Shown here: piece by piece, positions 1-10,945 of the stretch
Layout of the letters: each line of letters starts with the position of its first letter
Numbering within the stretch: the stretch's first letter is position 1
Assembly (NCBI GenBank): GCA_030627125.1
Contig: DAOUSR010000001.1
Location: 14,784 to 78,783 of the forward strand
Length of the DNA: 64,000 nucleotides
Direction of reading: 5' to 3'
DNA from: Thioploca sp.
GTDB taxonomy: Bacteria > Pseudomonadota > Gammaproteobacteria > Beggiatoales > Beggiatoaceae
Notes under the pieces: model-generated
Told to the model about the DNA's origin: nothing
The model's database searches: none
What the model saw: the letters and a program-made list of their open reading frames with translations, nothing else
Made by a program: the position numbers and the translations under genes

Positions 1-413
1 TCTTTATTATGTTGTCGTTCTTGCTCGATAAAACGTATATATGATTTAATTCTAGTAATTAATTGCGAGGTATCTATTGGTTTAGTTAAGTAATCAGCCG
101 CACCAACCGCAAAACCTTTTTGTTTAAAATCTTCAGATTTATAAGCAGCAGTCAAGAATACAATTGGAATATGGCGATTTTTTTTGCGTGAACGAATTAA
201 TTTAGCAGTCTCAAAACCATCCATCTCTGGCATTTGTACATCTAGGATAATTAAATCTATTTTTTCTTGTAATATAATTTGTAAAGCGTCAATTCCTGAA
301 TCTGCTTCAAAAATTTCGGCTTCAATATGTTCTTTAATTAAAGTATGCAAGGTAAATAAATTATTTTTATTATCATCAATAATTAAAATATTTAATGGTT
401 CTTTATCTGACAT
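1..413 (-). CDS. Receiver-domain protein (response regulator or hybrid kinase), partial; runs off the window start
   Basis: Manual translation from ATG at 413: MSDKEPLNILIIDDNKNN...DLIILDVQMPEMDGFE...IPIVFLTA...GAADYLTKP, a complete REC domain followed by a coiled coil; no stop before base 1. Confidence 0.85.
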   Translation of the reverse strand, partial: MSDKEPLNILIIDDNKNNLFTLHTLIKEHIEAEIFEADSGIDALQIILQEKIDLIILDVQMPEMDGFETAKLIRSRKKNRHIPIVFLTAAYKSEDFKQKGFAVGAADYLTKPIDTSQLITRIKSYIRFIEQERQHNK

Positions 414-1506
414 ATTATTAATAGTGTTTATATAGATGAATTAGATTTCAAGTTTGGAAATATTGGATTTTAAAAATTAGACCTAAATACATGCAGTTTT
501 CATGCTTCAATATTAGTTGTGTAATATTATTCATTAATTTTCAAATTTCAAGAAATCATTACTAATAAATAGCAATTTTTAAAAGCTTCCAACTAGATGA
601 TTGTATAATAACTAAAGTTGTAATTCTATTCTTACATAATAAATATTATTTATACATGATTTTTAGAGTTTTCCAACATACCTTATAGTGAAAGCGAACT
701 ATGCTATAATTTTTGGTTATGAACGTTCTTTTTTGGTTTCTTTTATTTCCTCGTAAGTCTATTATTGTCATAGCGATTATATTCTAAGATTAAGTCTTTA
801 ACGAAAAAATCTACTCAGTATTTTCCAACATAATTTACCTTTTTATATTAATAATATTAAGATTTAATTATATTCCTAATTTATAATTCAAGTCAAACTA
901 TTTTGATTAAGTTATTGGCTATGTTCGCAAATAGTGTGGTAAAAATATCTATAATCCCTTATTAAGCAATATTTAATCGAAGAACTAAGATATTAATTGT
1001 TAATGAAAATTTATGTAAGGTGAATAACTGTTCACTGAGGTTACAATACAAATACCATTTCATTTGGGATAAATGGTGGGCAAACAAAAAACGTTTATAT
1101 CCTACCCGAACTAACAATTTCATTCAGAACTCCCCAAATAATGTAACTATGGGGCCACTGCTATGTAATTTTGTCTGAACCATTGCCATAACATTCTTAA
1201 AACCTAAATTGAATAATCCAAACAAAGTTTGTATGATAATAAAAATTTTAATAATATTATGCAAAAGTTTTTCTATATTGCATTGCAAGTTGCAAAAAAT
1301 ATTTATGTTAGCATTGCAATTTATAATTGTTCTGAACTAAGGAATAAAAATTGCATTTCAAAATAGTTAAATTTAAAGTTTCAATGTAGCAATAAATATA
1401 GTTACTACTTAGAAAAAATTTTGATTTTCTTTTTAAAGTCAAGTGAGCTTTAAACTATGGGTAACTTCAGTTATCCTATTAATTTTTATATTAAATGGAG
1501 GAAAAA

Positions 1507-4500
1507 ATGAAGAATCTCCTTTCACAACGAGAAAGAGTTTTTTCTTATCTACTATCTCTAATAGGGATAGTCATGATGCTTGGTATTTCTACAAATGCTC
1601 TTGCACGAGCAGAGTTAGCACTCGAACAAAGCGTTGAGGGTGATGTAGCTTCTGTTTTATCTGGACAGCCATTTACTTTTTTACTTAAGTACCGTTGTGC
1701 TAGTACTACAGAAGATTGTAATAATGTGATATTAACCAGTACTTTACCTGCTGAAATAATTGATGTATTACAAGAGGTTGCTCCAACTGGTGCAGCTCAT
1801 CAGCACATTGAAACTGTTGATGTTACTGAAAATGTAATAACTTGGCAATTTGTTAGTCCACTAGAAGCAGGTTCGACTGGTGAACTTACTATGACTGTTA
1901 CACTTATGAACGGTCAAACGCCTAACAATACTATAGTGATTAACTCAGCTACTATTACTTCTGATAATGCAGATAGTATAGAAAACGTAATTTCTACAGT
2001 AACTGTAACTGCTGAAAGTGTGGTTACATTGACTAAAACTCTCTTGGAAAATAATCCACGTTTAGATTATGATGCCACATATAGAGTTCAATTATGTAAT
2101 CAAGATGGTTATGGTCAACTAGATTTGAATTCTGTTACCATGATTGATCAATTACCAGCTAATACTAAATATATCTCATCCATGAGAAATGGAGTGTATG
2201 ATGCGGATAGCGAAACTGTCACTTGGCCTACCAAAACTTTAAAAATTGGTGATTGTTTTACCTTTCATGATATCACAGTACAATATCCATCATCTCTCTT
2301 CAGTGAAGGTGAAATAACAAATGTAGTTACTGCTACTGGTACTGTAGCTGGTGTAGCAGAACCACAAGTATATACCAAACAGGTAACAAATTACTTTGGG
2401 CCTGGTATGGGTGATGGTATTGCTGATTTTTCAGTATTAAAACAAGGTCCAAACATAGTTATACCAGAAGGTAGTTTTGATTATGGATTTACCGTCAAAA
2501 ATACTGGTAATGTTGCTCTTGAAAATATGATAATTACAGATACTATACCTTCTCAATTAGTAGTTACTAGTGTACGTGTTGGTGATAATAATCAAACTGA
2601 TAGTTTAATTCCAATTGCTGTTGATTATAAAACTAATACAAATTCCACTTGGACAATAGTAGCAGGTAGCCCATTTAATACACCACCAATGCAATCTGTT
2701 GATGTGACATCATTAAACTTGTCAGAAGGCGAATATATAACTGATTTAAAATGGACATTCCCATTCTTACCAGTTGGTTTCCGTTCTGATTTTAATACAG
2801 ATCGGTCTACTGGTTTCTCAGTTGCAGTATTGCCAAAAGGTAGAAATGATGAACCAGTTGAAGTTGGTGATTTAATTGAAAATACCGCTGCTGCTGAAGC
2901 AACCTATAATGACAAGACTCAAAACGGTAGCCATACTAAAAGAACGGAAGTAGTTTCTGCTATGGCAAAGCCTAGAATAGTAAAAACTGTTTCTGGAATA
3001 ACAACAATTACCCCGGGAGATGTTGTAACATACAATATCGCTTTACAAAATAGAGTTTCAACCTTATTAGTAAATCCTACTATAGTTGATGTGTTAGATG
3101 ATAATTTGGAATATGTAAGTTGGAGAGTCGAATCTCAAACATTAGGCATACCTTCACCAACTTTTTCTAAGAAAGTTAATGCAGCTGGTAAAACAGTATT
3201 GTATTGGGCTTGGACTGGTTCTAGTGCTTATTCATTTAAACAATGGAATAAAGTAAAAGTTGAAATGGTTGCTAAAGTTAAAACTACAACTTTGCCTGGT
3301 TTAGTAAGCAATCGTGCTTATTCTACTGCTGATAACCCAAATAGCTCAGTTTCCTTAGATAGCTGTCTTGATAAAGTTGCAGATGTTTATGATGTTGATG
3401 GTGATGGCGATGTCGAAGAACTATTATGTTCGAGTGAGGACGCTGTTATTACTGCAAGTAAAATTGCTGCTATGGAATCAATTAAATTGGTTCGAGGTCA
3501 ACTAGACTATGAATATCACCGTTATCCAAAATGGGGTAAGACTGCCAGAGGTGGTACTTTAGATTATCGTTTAAGTGTGAAGAATGTTGGCAATATTTCA
3601 ATGACTAATGTTGTTGTAGTAGATATTTTACCATTCATATCCGATACTGGGGTTATTGATTTATCCCAACGTGAATCAAATTGGCAACCTCGGCTTAGAG
3701 ATGATGTAGATGCTGGTAATGGTATTATCGTATCTTATAGTACTGAAGAAAATCCTTGTAGAACTGAAGTATTGCCTATGAATCCTGTTGGTTGTAAAAA
3801 CCCACAATGGTCAACTAACTTACCAAATGATATTGCTACAGTACGTTCATTAAGATTTGACTTTGGCAATAAAATATTTGAACCAGGTGATGCCTTAGAA
3901 TTAAACTGGCCAATGTTAGCTCCAATTACTGCTGCTTTGGGAACTGAAGAAAAACCTTCAATTGCGTGGAACTCTTTCGGTTATGTTGCTATGCGAGTAG
4001 ATAATGGCACTCAATTACTTCCTTCTGAACCAATTAAAGTTGGTATTGAAGTAATTGATTTTGAACCAGCAGTTTTAGGTGATAGAGTTTGGTTAGATTA
4101 TAATGCCAATGGTCTACAAGATAACGATGAAATAGGTCTAAATGGTGTTAAAGTTGAAGTTTATCAGCCGGGAGCAGATGGTATAGCTAATACTGCTGAT
4201 GATGAGTTAGTTGATTTCACTAGAACATCTGACGGCCCTGATAGTAAGCCTGGTTTCTATATATTCTCATTCTTGGATGGTGGAGATTACTTTGTTAAAT
4301 TCTATCCTCCAGTGGGTTATGCTGTATCACTACAGGATGTTGGCAGTGATGATATTGTGGATTCGGATGTTAATCCAGAGACCAACTCTACTATAATTGT
4401 ACATTTACTAGATGACACTCTTGATTATAGTTGGGATATGGGATTAATAGAGAAAGGAACTGCCGCTTTAGGTGACTATGTATGGTTCGATCGTAATCAA

Positions 4501-6183
4501 GATGGCCAACAAAATGAAAGTAGAGATTGGGGTATTGGTGGTGTAGAAGTTACTTTATATCGTGATAATGGCGATGGTGTAGCAGACCCATCCTCAGATT
4601 CTGAAGTAACAACTACTACAACAGTAGCAGATGACAATAAAGGTAGCTACCTGTTTGAAGACCTTGGTCCTGGTGATTATTTTGTTAAATTTACCTTACC
4701 AGAAGATGCTGAGTATTTCACTGCTAGAGATGAAGGTGCCTCTGATGAATTAGATTCTGATGCTGATAATAACGGTGTCACAAGCATTGTTACTTTAGAT
4801 AAAAATGAGTTTAATAAGAGCTTGGATGCAGGTATATTTAAAATCATTGGTGATCTATCTTTAGGTAATCGTGTTTGGTTAGATAAAGATGAAAGTTTAA
4901 ATGGTACTTACAGTGCTACCGATGGTGATGAAGGTATTAATAACGTAAGAGTAAACTTGTATCGTGATACTGATGGTAATGGTGAATATACGCCTAATGT
5001 TGATCAGCAAATATCAAGCATGGTTACCTTTACTAAAGGTCGTGTACCAGGTTACTACTTGTTTGAAGAGTTGAAACCCGGTAATTACATTGTTCAGATT
5101 GCTCCAGAAAACTTTGTAGTTGGTGGCCCACTGAATGATCCAGTAACTTCTGTTGCTTTAATAACTTCTGAAGGTGGTTCTGACCCAGATGATGGTGTTG
5201 ACAATGATAGCAATGGTAATCCATTAGTTGGTCATGGTGTAGTATCGTCAGCAGTCACTCTAGTTGCTCCTGAAGACCCTGATGATGAGATTGCAAAAGT
5301 CAATCTTACTGTTGATTTTGGTTTTAATATTAAACCTTCTGAACCTTCAAGTTGTTCTGAGCCTACTTTCTATGCTCTTAATGATAAAGATTTGAATGAT
5401 ACAGAACTTTTTGGTATTACTCCAACTACTGGTTTAGCAACTGTATTAGGTAATATTTTATATGGGTATGATCTTGAAGGTTTAGATATGGATCCTATCA
5501 CGGGTATACTATATGCCTCATCTGGTGATGATGTAAATGGTGAAATAAATAGTCCTGCATACCCTAGTGGAACTTTATACCAAATTGATACAGATACAGG
5601 TATTCCAACTCCAGTTGTTGCAGGAAATCAGATTTGGCCTGGTGAAGTATCCGCCATTTCCTTTAAGAGTAATGGTGAATTATGGGCATGGTCAGATAGA
5701 CAAGCAGGTCCATTGATTGTTGATTTAGCAAATGGCATTGGTAACTTAGCATCCTCTAATGAAACTGATTATTCACAGTTCGCTATTGAGGATATGACTT
5801 GGGATAATGCAAACGAAGTATTATATTTGGCTGAAAATAGTAACGGAACTGGTAAGACTAGTAGTGAACCTAGTACAATATATTCATGGGATAGTGCTAC
5901 TGGTTATATTAATATCTGTTCAGTACCGGGGCAAATAGAAGCCTTAGATATGGCCAATAATAATGTGTTATTATTCGCTATCCATGAAAAAGGAGATTTC
6001 AATATATATGGTTGGAGGGCTACAGAAGGTGGTTGCCCAATAATTCCAAGCGCAGAAAATACAGGTAATATTGTATTGAAGTATAATACAGAAGTATATT
6101 CTGATATTGAAGCAATTACATGGCCTACTACTTGTGATGTCGAAGTTATTATAGCTAAACAAGGATTGGAAAGTCCTGAATAA
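1507..6183 (+). CDS. Large secreted surface/adhesin-like protein with DUF11-like Ig repeats, three SdrD B-like repeats and a C-terminal beta-propeller-like region
   Basis: GGAGG RBS before ATG 1507; signal peptide; repeats such as FSVLKQG..YGFTVKNTGNV; LGDRVWLD / LGDYVWFD / LGNRVWLD repeats with DxDxDG Ca-binding loops; DLEGLD/IEDMTWD/IEALD repeats at the C-terminus. Confidence 0.75.
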   Translation: MKNLLSQRERVFSYLLSLIGIVMMLGISTNALARAELALEQSVEGDVASVLSGQPFTFLLKYRCASTTEDCNNVILTSTLPAEIIDVLQEVAPTGAAHQHIETVDVTENVITWQFVSPLEAGSTGELTMTVTLMNGQTPNNTIVINSATITSDNADSIENVISTVTVTAESVVTLTKTLLENNPRLDYDATYRVQLCNQDGYGQLDLNSVTMIDQLPANTKYISSMRNGVYDADSETVTWPTKTLKIGDCFTFHDITVQYPSSLFSEGEITNVVTATGTVAGVAEPQVYTKQVTNYFGPGMGDGIADFSVLKQGPNIVIPEGSFDYGFTVKNTGNVALENMIITDTIPSQLVVTSVRVGDNNQTDSLIPIAVDYKTNTNSTWTIVAGSPFNTPPMQSVDVTSLNLSEGEYITDLKWTFPFLPVGFRSDFNTDRSTGFSVAVLPKGRNDEPVEVGDLIENTAAAEATYNDKTQNGSHTKRTEVVSAMAKPRIVKTVSGITTITPGDVVTYNIALQNRVSTLLVNPTIVDVLDDNLEYVSWRVESQTLGIPSPTFSKKVNAAGKTVLYWAWTGSSAYSFKQWNKVKVEMVAKVKTTTLPGLVSNRAYSTADNPNSSVSLDSCLDKVADVYDVDGDGDVEELLCSSEDAVITASKIAAMESIKLVRGQLDYEYHRYPKWGKTARGGTLDYRLSVKNVGNISMTNVVVVDILPFISDTGVIDLSQRESNWQPRLRDDVDAGNGIIVSYSTEENPCRTEVLPMNPVGCKNPQWSTNLPNDIATVRSLRFDFGNKIFEPGDALELNWPMLAPITAALGTEEKPSIAWNSFGYVAMRVDNGTQLLPSEPIKVGIEVIDFEPAVLGDRVWLDYNANGLQDNDEIGLNGVKVEVYQPGADGIANTADDELVDFTRTSDGPDSKPGFYIFSFLDGGDYFVKFYPPVGYAVSLQDVGSDDIVDSDVNPETNSTIIVHLLDDTLDYSWDMGLIEKGTAALGDYVWFDRNQDGQQNESRDWGIGGVEVTLYRDNGDGVADPSSDSEVTTTTTVADDNKGSYLFEDLGPGDYFVKFTLPEDAEYFTARDEGASDELDSDADNNGVTSIVTLDKNEFNKSLDAGIFKIIGDLSLGNRVWLDKDESLNGTYSATDGDEGINNVRVNLYRDTDGNGEYTPNVDQQISSMVTFTKGRVPGYYLFEELKPGNYIVQIAPENFVVGGPLNDPVTSVALITSEGGSDPDDGVDNDSNGNPLVGHGVVSSAVTLVAPEDPDDEIAKVNLTVDFGFNIKPSEPSSCSEPTFYALNDKDLNDTELFGITPTTGLATVLGNILYGYDLEGLDMDPITGILYASSGDDVNGEINSPAYPSGTLYQIDTDTGIPTPVVAGNQIWPGEVSAISFKSNGELWAWSDRQAGPLIVDLANGIGNLASSNETDYSQFAIEDMTWDNANEVLYLAENSNGTGKTSSEPSTIYSWDSATGYINICSVPGQIEALDMANNNVLLFAIHEKGDFNIYGWRATEGGCPIIPSAENTGNIVLKYNTEVYSDIEAITWPTTCDVEVIIAKQGLESPE

Positions 6184-6227
6184 GATGTAATTATGGATTA
6201 ATCAAATTTTATAATTTTAAACTAGTA

Positions 6228-6258
6228 AGGGGCAGCTTCCATCTGCCCCTATTTTTTT
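6228..6258 (+). terminator. Rho-independent terminator
   Basis: AGGGGCAG-cttccat-CTGCCCCT followed by ATTTTTTT. Confidence 0.75.
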
Positions 6259-6270
6259 GGGGAATCGTTT

Positions 6271-7584
6271 ATGGAATATAAATTATTTGGATGGATTGCT
6301 TTGTTAACTGCCATGTTGCCAGTATATGCGACTCCACTCAATGATAACTTAGATAGTGCTATTAATATACCGTCCTTACCTTATAGCAACACACAAGATA
6401 CGACTGACTCAACTACAGAACCATCTGAAGGTTATCCAACTTGTTCGTATAGTGAGGCTAGTGTTTGGTATCAATATAGTCCTTCTATTGACGAAGAAAT
6501 AGTATTTGATACTTATGGTTCTGACTACGATACCGTACTTGGTATTTGGACTGGTAATCAACATCCATTGACAAGAGTTACTTGTAACGACAATGGAACC
6601 GAAGCCACTTTACAATCTCAGCTTAATGCAGAACTAACGGGTGGAACTGAATACTTCATTGGAATTAATGGTTTTAATAAAGAAACTGGCAAATTGACAG
6701 TTAATGCTAAATCTCTTGAAGCCTTGAATAATGATAGTTTGACTAAAGCGATTGAGGTTAAAAGCGTTCCCTACACTCATACTCAAGCAACCAATACAGC
6801 CAGTATTGCCACCAATGAAATTTTATCAGAATGTGCTACTAGTGGTTACAACAGTGTTTGGTATAAATATAAATCTGATACAAAGGAAAGCTTAGTTTTA
6901 GATACTTTAAACTCTGATTACAATACCGTATTGTCCATATGGTCTGGGTCTAAACATCCATTGAATGAATTAGCTTGTAATGATGATGTGGATATTAATA
7001 ATGACTATTCCAAAATTAATATAACTCTAGAAGCAAATAAAGCTTACTACATTAACATTAGCAGTCGTACCAAACTAACTACAACTAACGTTCTGGTATT
7101 TAACCTAAATTCTGCTGTCAGTCTAGCCAAAGGTTCGATTGGCATGGCAGTTGATTTGGTTGGCAGTGAACTTGAAACTGAAACTTACTTTTTGAACCAA
7201 ATTAAGATAGATGATTTAGTTGGTAATCAGATACAGGTTGCAACAACTGATACAATTACTGTTTCTACCATTACTAATGTAGAGGATTTTGATATTGGAG
7301 AAACTGTAGATATTTTAATATTAGCGTTATTACATTTGGAAAACCCAGTATTTTTCATGCGTGGTAATGATTATTTAACATGGGAATTGTGGGATGGTAA
7401 TATACCTTCAATAATTGCTGCTGAAGAGAATGTAAAATTGTCTGCTAGTTTAAATAACACTATCTATGAAGGTTCATTAGCAGGACTTCCATTAGTTGCG
7501 TACACTGTTTATATAGGCTATCGTTTGGAAGACGGCAAGATTGTTTTTAATGGCAATGAACCAGTTTATTTTGAGATAAAATAA
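6271..7584 (+). CDS. Secreted protein with two tandem PPC-like beta-sandwich domains and a distinct C-terminal domain
   Basis: Signal peptide; duplicated motif ND..A..I..PY..TQ.T...SVWY.Y...DT..SDY.TVL.IW.G..HPL....CND. Confidence 0.7.
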   Translation: MEYKLFGWIALLTAMLPVYATPLNDNLDSAINIPSLPYSNTQDTTDSTTEPSEGYPTCSYSEASVWYQYSPSIDEEIVFDTYGSDYDTVLGIWTGNQHPLTRVTCNDNGTEATLQSQLNAELTGGTEYFIGINGFNKETGKLTVNAKSLEALNNDSLTKAIEVKSVPYTHTQATNTASIATNEILSECATSGYNSVWYKYKSDTKESLVLDTLNSDYNTVLSIWSGSKHPLNELACNDDVDINNDYSKINITLEANKAYYINISSRTKLTTTNVLVFNLNSAVSLAKGSIGMAVDLVGSELETETYFLNQIKIDDLVGNQIQVATTDTITVSTITNVEDFDIGETVDILILALLHLENPVFFMRGNDYLTWELWDGNIPSIIAAEENVKLSASLNNTIYEGSLAGLPLVAYTVYIGYRLEDGKIVFNGNEPVYFEIK

Positions 7585-7635
7585 TTGTAACTACCTACCA
7601 TACCATAAAATTAATATATGTTGGAGTTTGAAATT

Positions 7636-7658
7636 GTAGAGACAAGGCATGTCTCTAC
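7636..7658. repeat. GTAG-type REP-like palindrome nested in a TTGGAGTTTGAA...TTTGAACTCCAA inverted repeat
   Basis: GTAGAGACA-aggca-TGTCTCTAC. Confidence 0.65.
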
Positions 7659-7930
7659 GTTATAATATCTGATATGGCATTCGCTTTGAACTCCAAATTT
7701 TTTAAAATTACATCATTGCATAATCAATAACTCAGAAAAAAAATATGAAATTTATGAAATTTATGAAATTAAATTTATTTCTTATAACTATATGTTTTAT
7801 ATTTAATTAATTCTTTTTAGCTTTTGTTAATGCGTAAGTCCTATAATAGTATATAATAATGTACAAGAGAATAGCTTTAAAAGTATTAAGCAAACTCACC
7901 AAACCAATATTCAAAATGAGAAATATGATT

Positions 7931-8824
7931 ATGTTCCAAAAAATATTAATGTTACTTTTAGCAGCTTTAAGCATTACTACGCATGCTACCAGTTTTTACT
8001 GTGATAAAGCAAACTTTGACTTGGAAAAAGTTATTTGCAATGACATGCTGCTCAATGAAGTAGATGAACAAATGGGAAAAGCCTATCTTAATTTGCGTAA
8101 ATTGCTTCCAAAAGATGCAACAACCCAATTAAAAATAGATCAACTTGCTTGGTTAAAACAACGTTCCCAATTTTGTCCATCTCATGATGCAGACTGTTTA
8201 ATCCGATTTTATCAAGCCCATATTAGTTATTTAAAATCACAACAATGTTCCAATTTACAAACAGCTATTAATTCAGCTTTGAAAGATACTGTGATTGAAC
8301 TTGAGGAAATAATTTGTCATTACAAAGATAGTTTGCAGATTAAAAATAAGGAACATCTAACAATTGAAGGCCAAGGAGATGTTTGGATTATCGTTGATAA
8401 TATTTATACTGATGTAATAAAAATACAAAATTCGCAACGGATATTTCTCAAGAATATCAAAGCTCGTCATCAAAAACCCCTAGATAATTTTAATTGTGAA
8501 GGTGCTGTAGTCAATATTATTAATTCTAATTATATTTGGCTCAATAGTTGCGAGCTTAATGGTTCTGGTGCTGTCGGAGTGCAAGCTGAGAAATCTACCA
8601 ATATTATCGTTAATCAATGTTACATACACCACAATACTTTAGCAGCATTTTGGTTAGATAATAGCGATTCCATAGCAATTCACGATAATACAATTACCGA
8701 AAATGGTTCGACAATTTATGGACTTACAGCTGGAAATATCAGAATGACTAATAATATTATTGGTAATAATAAGGGTAGCTTTACTTGGTCGTCTCCATTT
8801 ACTAGAGAAATTATGGGAGAATAA
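7931..8824 (+). CDS. Secreted LprI (DUF1311)-like domain plus right-handed beta-helix protein
   Basis: Signal peptide from M at 7931; SFYCDKA..LEKVIC...QLAWLKQRSQFC..DCL matches the LprI pattern; C-terminal I.NS..I...C..N beta-helix repeats. Confidence 0.7.
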   Translation: MFQKILMLLLAALSITTHATSFYCDKANFDLEKVICNDMLLNEVDEQMGKAYLNLRKLLPKDATTQLKIDQLAWLKQRSQFCPSHDADCLIRFYQAHISYLKSQQCSNLQTAINSALKDTVIELEEIICHYKDSLQIKNKEHLTIEGQGDVWIIVDNIYTDVIKIQNSQRIFLKNIKARHQKPLDNFNCEGAVVNIINSNYIWLNSCELNGSGAVGVQAEKSTNIIVNQCYIHHNTLAAFWLDNSDSIAIHDNTITENGSTIYGLTAGNIRMTNNIIGNNKGSFTWSSPFTREIMGE

Positions 8825-8886
8825 ATTATTATTTTAATTTGTAACAACAATACCATTAAATTAAGGACATAGCTCCTAAATAATTT

Positions 8887-8910
8887 GCAGGGGTAATCTG
8901 TGGTTACCCT
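8887..8910 (+). repeat. GTAG-type REP-like palindrome (degenerate copy)
   Basis: GCAGGGGTAATCTGTGGTTACCCT; related to the copies at 29760 and 51728. Confidence 0.6.
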
Positions 8911-8949
8911 AAATATGCAAAATCGTAGCAAGAAATATTTATAATAACT

Positions 8950-10209
8950 ATGAAAAAAAAACGTAATCCTAAAAAACGTAATCCTATTGTATCTTGTGAT
9001 ATTTGTTTAATCGTATATAACTCAGTATTACTACACGTAGAAACCCAAGACATTGTTGCTCAACCTGATGAATCTTTGCTTAAATTAACTGCTAGAGAAT
9101 TAGCAGAAGCAGCCAGACGTTTGTTACCAGTCACAACTAAACGGCCTCGAATTGCATTAGCATTACCAAGTGAAGAATTTGTCGCTACCAGTTTACAGTT
9201 ACCTGCTGTTGCAGCTCAAAATATCAAAAAAGTAGTTAATTTACAATTACCTACATTATTACCTGGAATTACCGAACCATTATTATTAGCGGTCCAAGCC
9301 CCTATCTCTGGCGAACAAACAACGGCTTTGTGGATGCCAGTTAAACGGGCCAATGAACTATTTCAAGCCTTTGACGAAGCAGGATTATTTTTAAACTGTA
9401 TTTTGCCTCGTCCACTAATTAGCTTACCATATACATTTATTCATTATCGAATATATGATGAAGATGAAGGTACTATTACCAGTATGGAATGCTCTGACGG
9501 AGTGATTCAGCACTGGCTGCATACAACTAAATTAGATTGTGATAATTCGGATTTTCACACTCAATTAGATGAAACCTTATCTGCTTTTAACAATAATATT
9601 GAACAAGTTAACAAGACCAGCATTGAGGATTGGGAAAAACAGCCAATGCCGTCAAAAAATGCCTATGACTATGCCTTTATTCCGCCAGGAGCCGCAGCTC
9701 ATATGGCACAAGTTGCCAAGAAAAAGAAACGACATTATTTAATTGGGGCTGCTTTACTGGTTGTTGTTGGTATTATCGGTGGAATTTATTACGCACTGGA
9801 CTATGAACGAGGTCTTAAGCAACATCTAACAGAATTAAAGAGTCGTACTGATAATGTTAGTCGTTTACGCTCGGAAGTTGGCGAGATAGAAGAACTAATT
9901 GGGCCAGTTAAAAATTTCCCCCGCCAAGAACTAGTAACAATGCTTGAATCTCTAAATACTCTAATCCCTAAGAATAGTTGGATTACGAGTTTTAATATTG
10001 AAACTGGGATTGTTAGATTAGATGGTTTAAGTCCAAACCCTAATAAAATTATAGAAGCATTAACCAAAGAACCTAATTTTATTGAAGTTGAGCAAAGTAA
10101 GGATATTGTTAAAAGTCGTGGTAAATCAGAAATGAAATTTGGAATAGAATTTAAATTAAAAGATGTAAATTTGGCAGATTATTGGTTGGAATATTTTCCT
10201 GATAGATAA
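8950..10209 (+). CDS. GspL/PilN-like type II secretion or pilus assembly protein
   Basis: Cytoplasmic actin-like N-terminal region, a single TM segment (YLIGAALLVVVGIIGGIYYAL), then a coiled coil and PilN-like LIPKNSWITSF..VRLDG domain. Confidence 0.6.
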   Translation: MKKKRNPKKRNPIVSCDICLIVYNSVLLHVETQDIVAQPDESLLKLTARELAEAARRLLPVTTKRPRIALALPSEEFVATSLQLPAVAAQNIKKVVNLQLPTLLPGITEPLLLAVQAPISGEQTTALWMPVKRANELFQAFDEAGLFLNCILPRPLISLPYTFIHYRIYDEDEGTITSMECSDGVIQHWLHTTKLDCDNSDFHTQLDETLSAFNNNIEQVNKTSIEDWEKQPMPSKNAYDYAFIPPGAAAHMAQVAKKKKRHYLIGAALLVVVGIIGGIYYALDYERGLKQHLTELKSRTDNVSRLRSEVGEIEELIGPVKNFPRQELVTMLESLNTLIPKNSWITSFNIETGIVRLDGLSPNPNKIIEALTKEPNFIEVEQSKDIVKSRGKSEMKFGIEFKLKDVNLADYWLEYFPDR

Positions 10210-10273
10210 TGGGTAGTAAGGCATATTTAAAACGATAGATTAATCTACCACTATGCAAAACTACCCAAAAAAA

Positions 10274-10837
10274 TTATTTAATTGCTGGTAAAGCCTCAAT
10301 TATGCTGAAAGCTCCACGTAAATCCCCAATTTTAAAACCAATTGCTTTATCATCAGGATATAATTCCTTCAATTTAGCTTGGATTGGAGGAGTAATAGTT
10401 TCACCATGACATACAGTGCAAGGTTTGCCAGTTGGAATGGCTTTCATGTAACGCAGTTTACCATCAGTTACTTCATAGAACTCAAGAGTTTTTGGAGTTT
10501 CGCCTTTAGCTTTACGTTCTTCAAACTGGTTTAATACTTTTGTCTCCCATTCATCAGGAGTATTAGCAGTGTTGCGTGGTTTTAGACTAGTCCTGCGAAT
10601 TACCAATCCAGATTCTTTAGATACTTTGCTAGTTATTGCTGGAGATATTGTATTGCAAACTTCAATCGCTGCAACTGGCCCTTCACTTTTCATCGCTTTG
10701 ACCAATTCAGGTTTTAAATTGTCCATCAAACTCTTAACCGTATTACGGTAATTAGCTAATTTAGCATCTATGTTATCAACAGCCAATAAATTAGGACTAG
10801 ATAGTGACATGGCAATCATTATAAGTAAGTATTTCAT
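10274..10837 (-). CDS. Periplasmic DUF3365/Tll0287-like c-type heme protein
   Basis: Signal peptide; RRTSLKPRN..NTPD.WE; CTVCH heme motif; GDLRGAFSI. Confidence 0.85.
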   Translation of the reverse strand: MKYLLIMIAMSLSSPNLLAVDNIDAKLANYRNTVKSLMDNLKPELVKAMKSEGPVAAIEVCNTISPAITSKVSKESGLVIRRTSLKPRNTANTPDEWETKVLNQFEERKAKGETPKTLEFYEVTDGKLRYMKAIPTGKPCTVCHGETITPPIQAKLKELYPDDKAIGFKIGDLRGAFSIIEALPAIK

Positions 10838-10945
10838 CAAATCTCCATAAATTATTTAAGTAGCAAATTATAATAGTAGTATAATTGAATTTATCAAGTA
10901 AAACCCCAAAATATAGTGAATTCTTATACTCTATAAAATCAAAAT

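Noticed and set aside
184-435. 83-aa plus-strand ORF
   Set aside because: Antisense shadow of the receiver-domain gene on the minus strand.
7741-7770. TATGAAATT x3 tandem repeat
   Set aside because: Short AT-rich microrepeat with no evidence of function.
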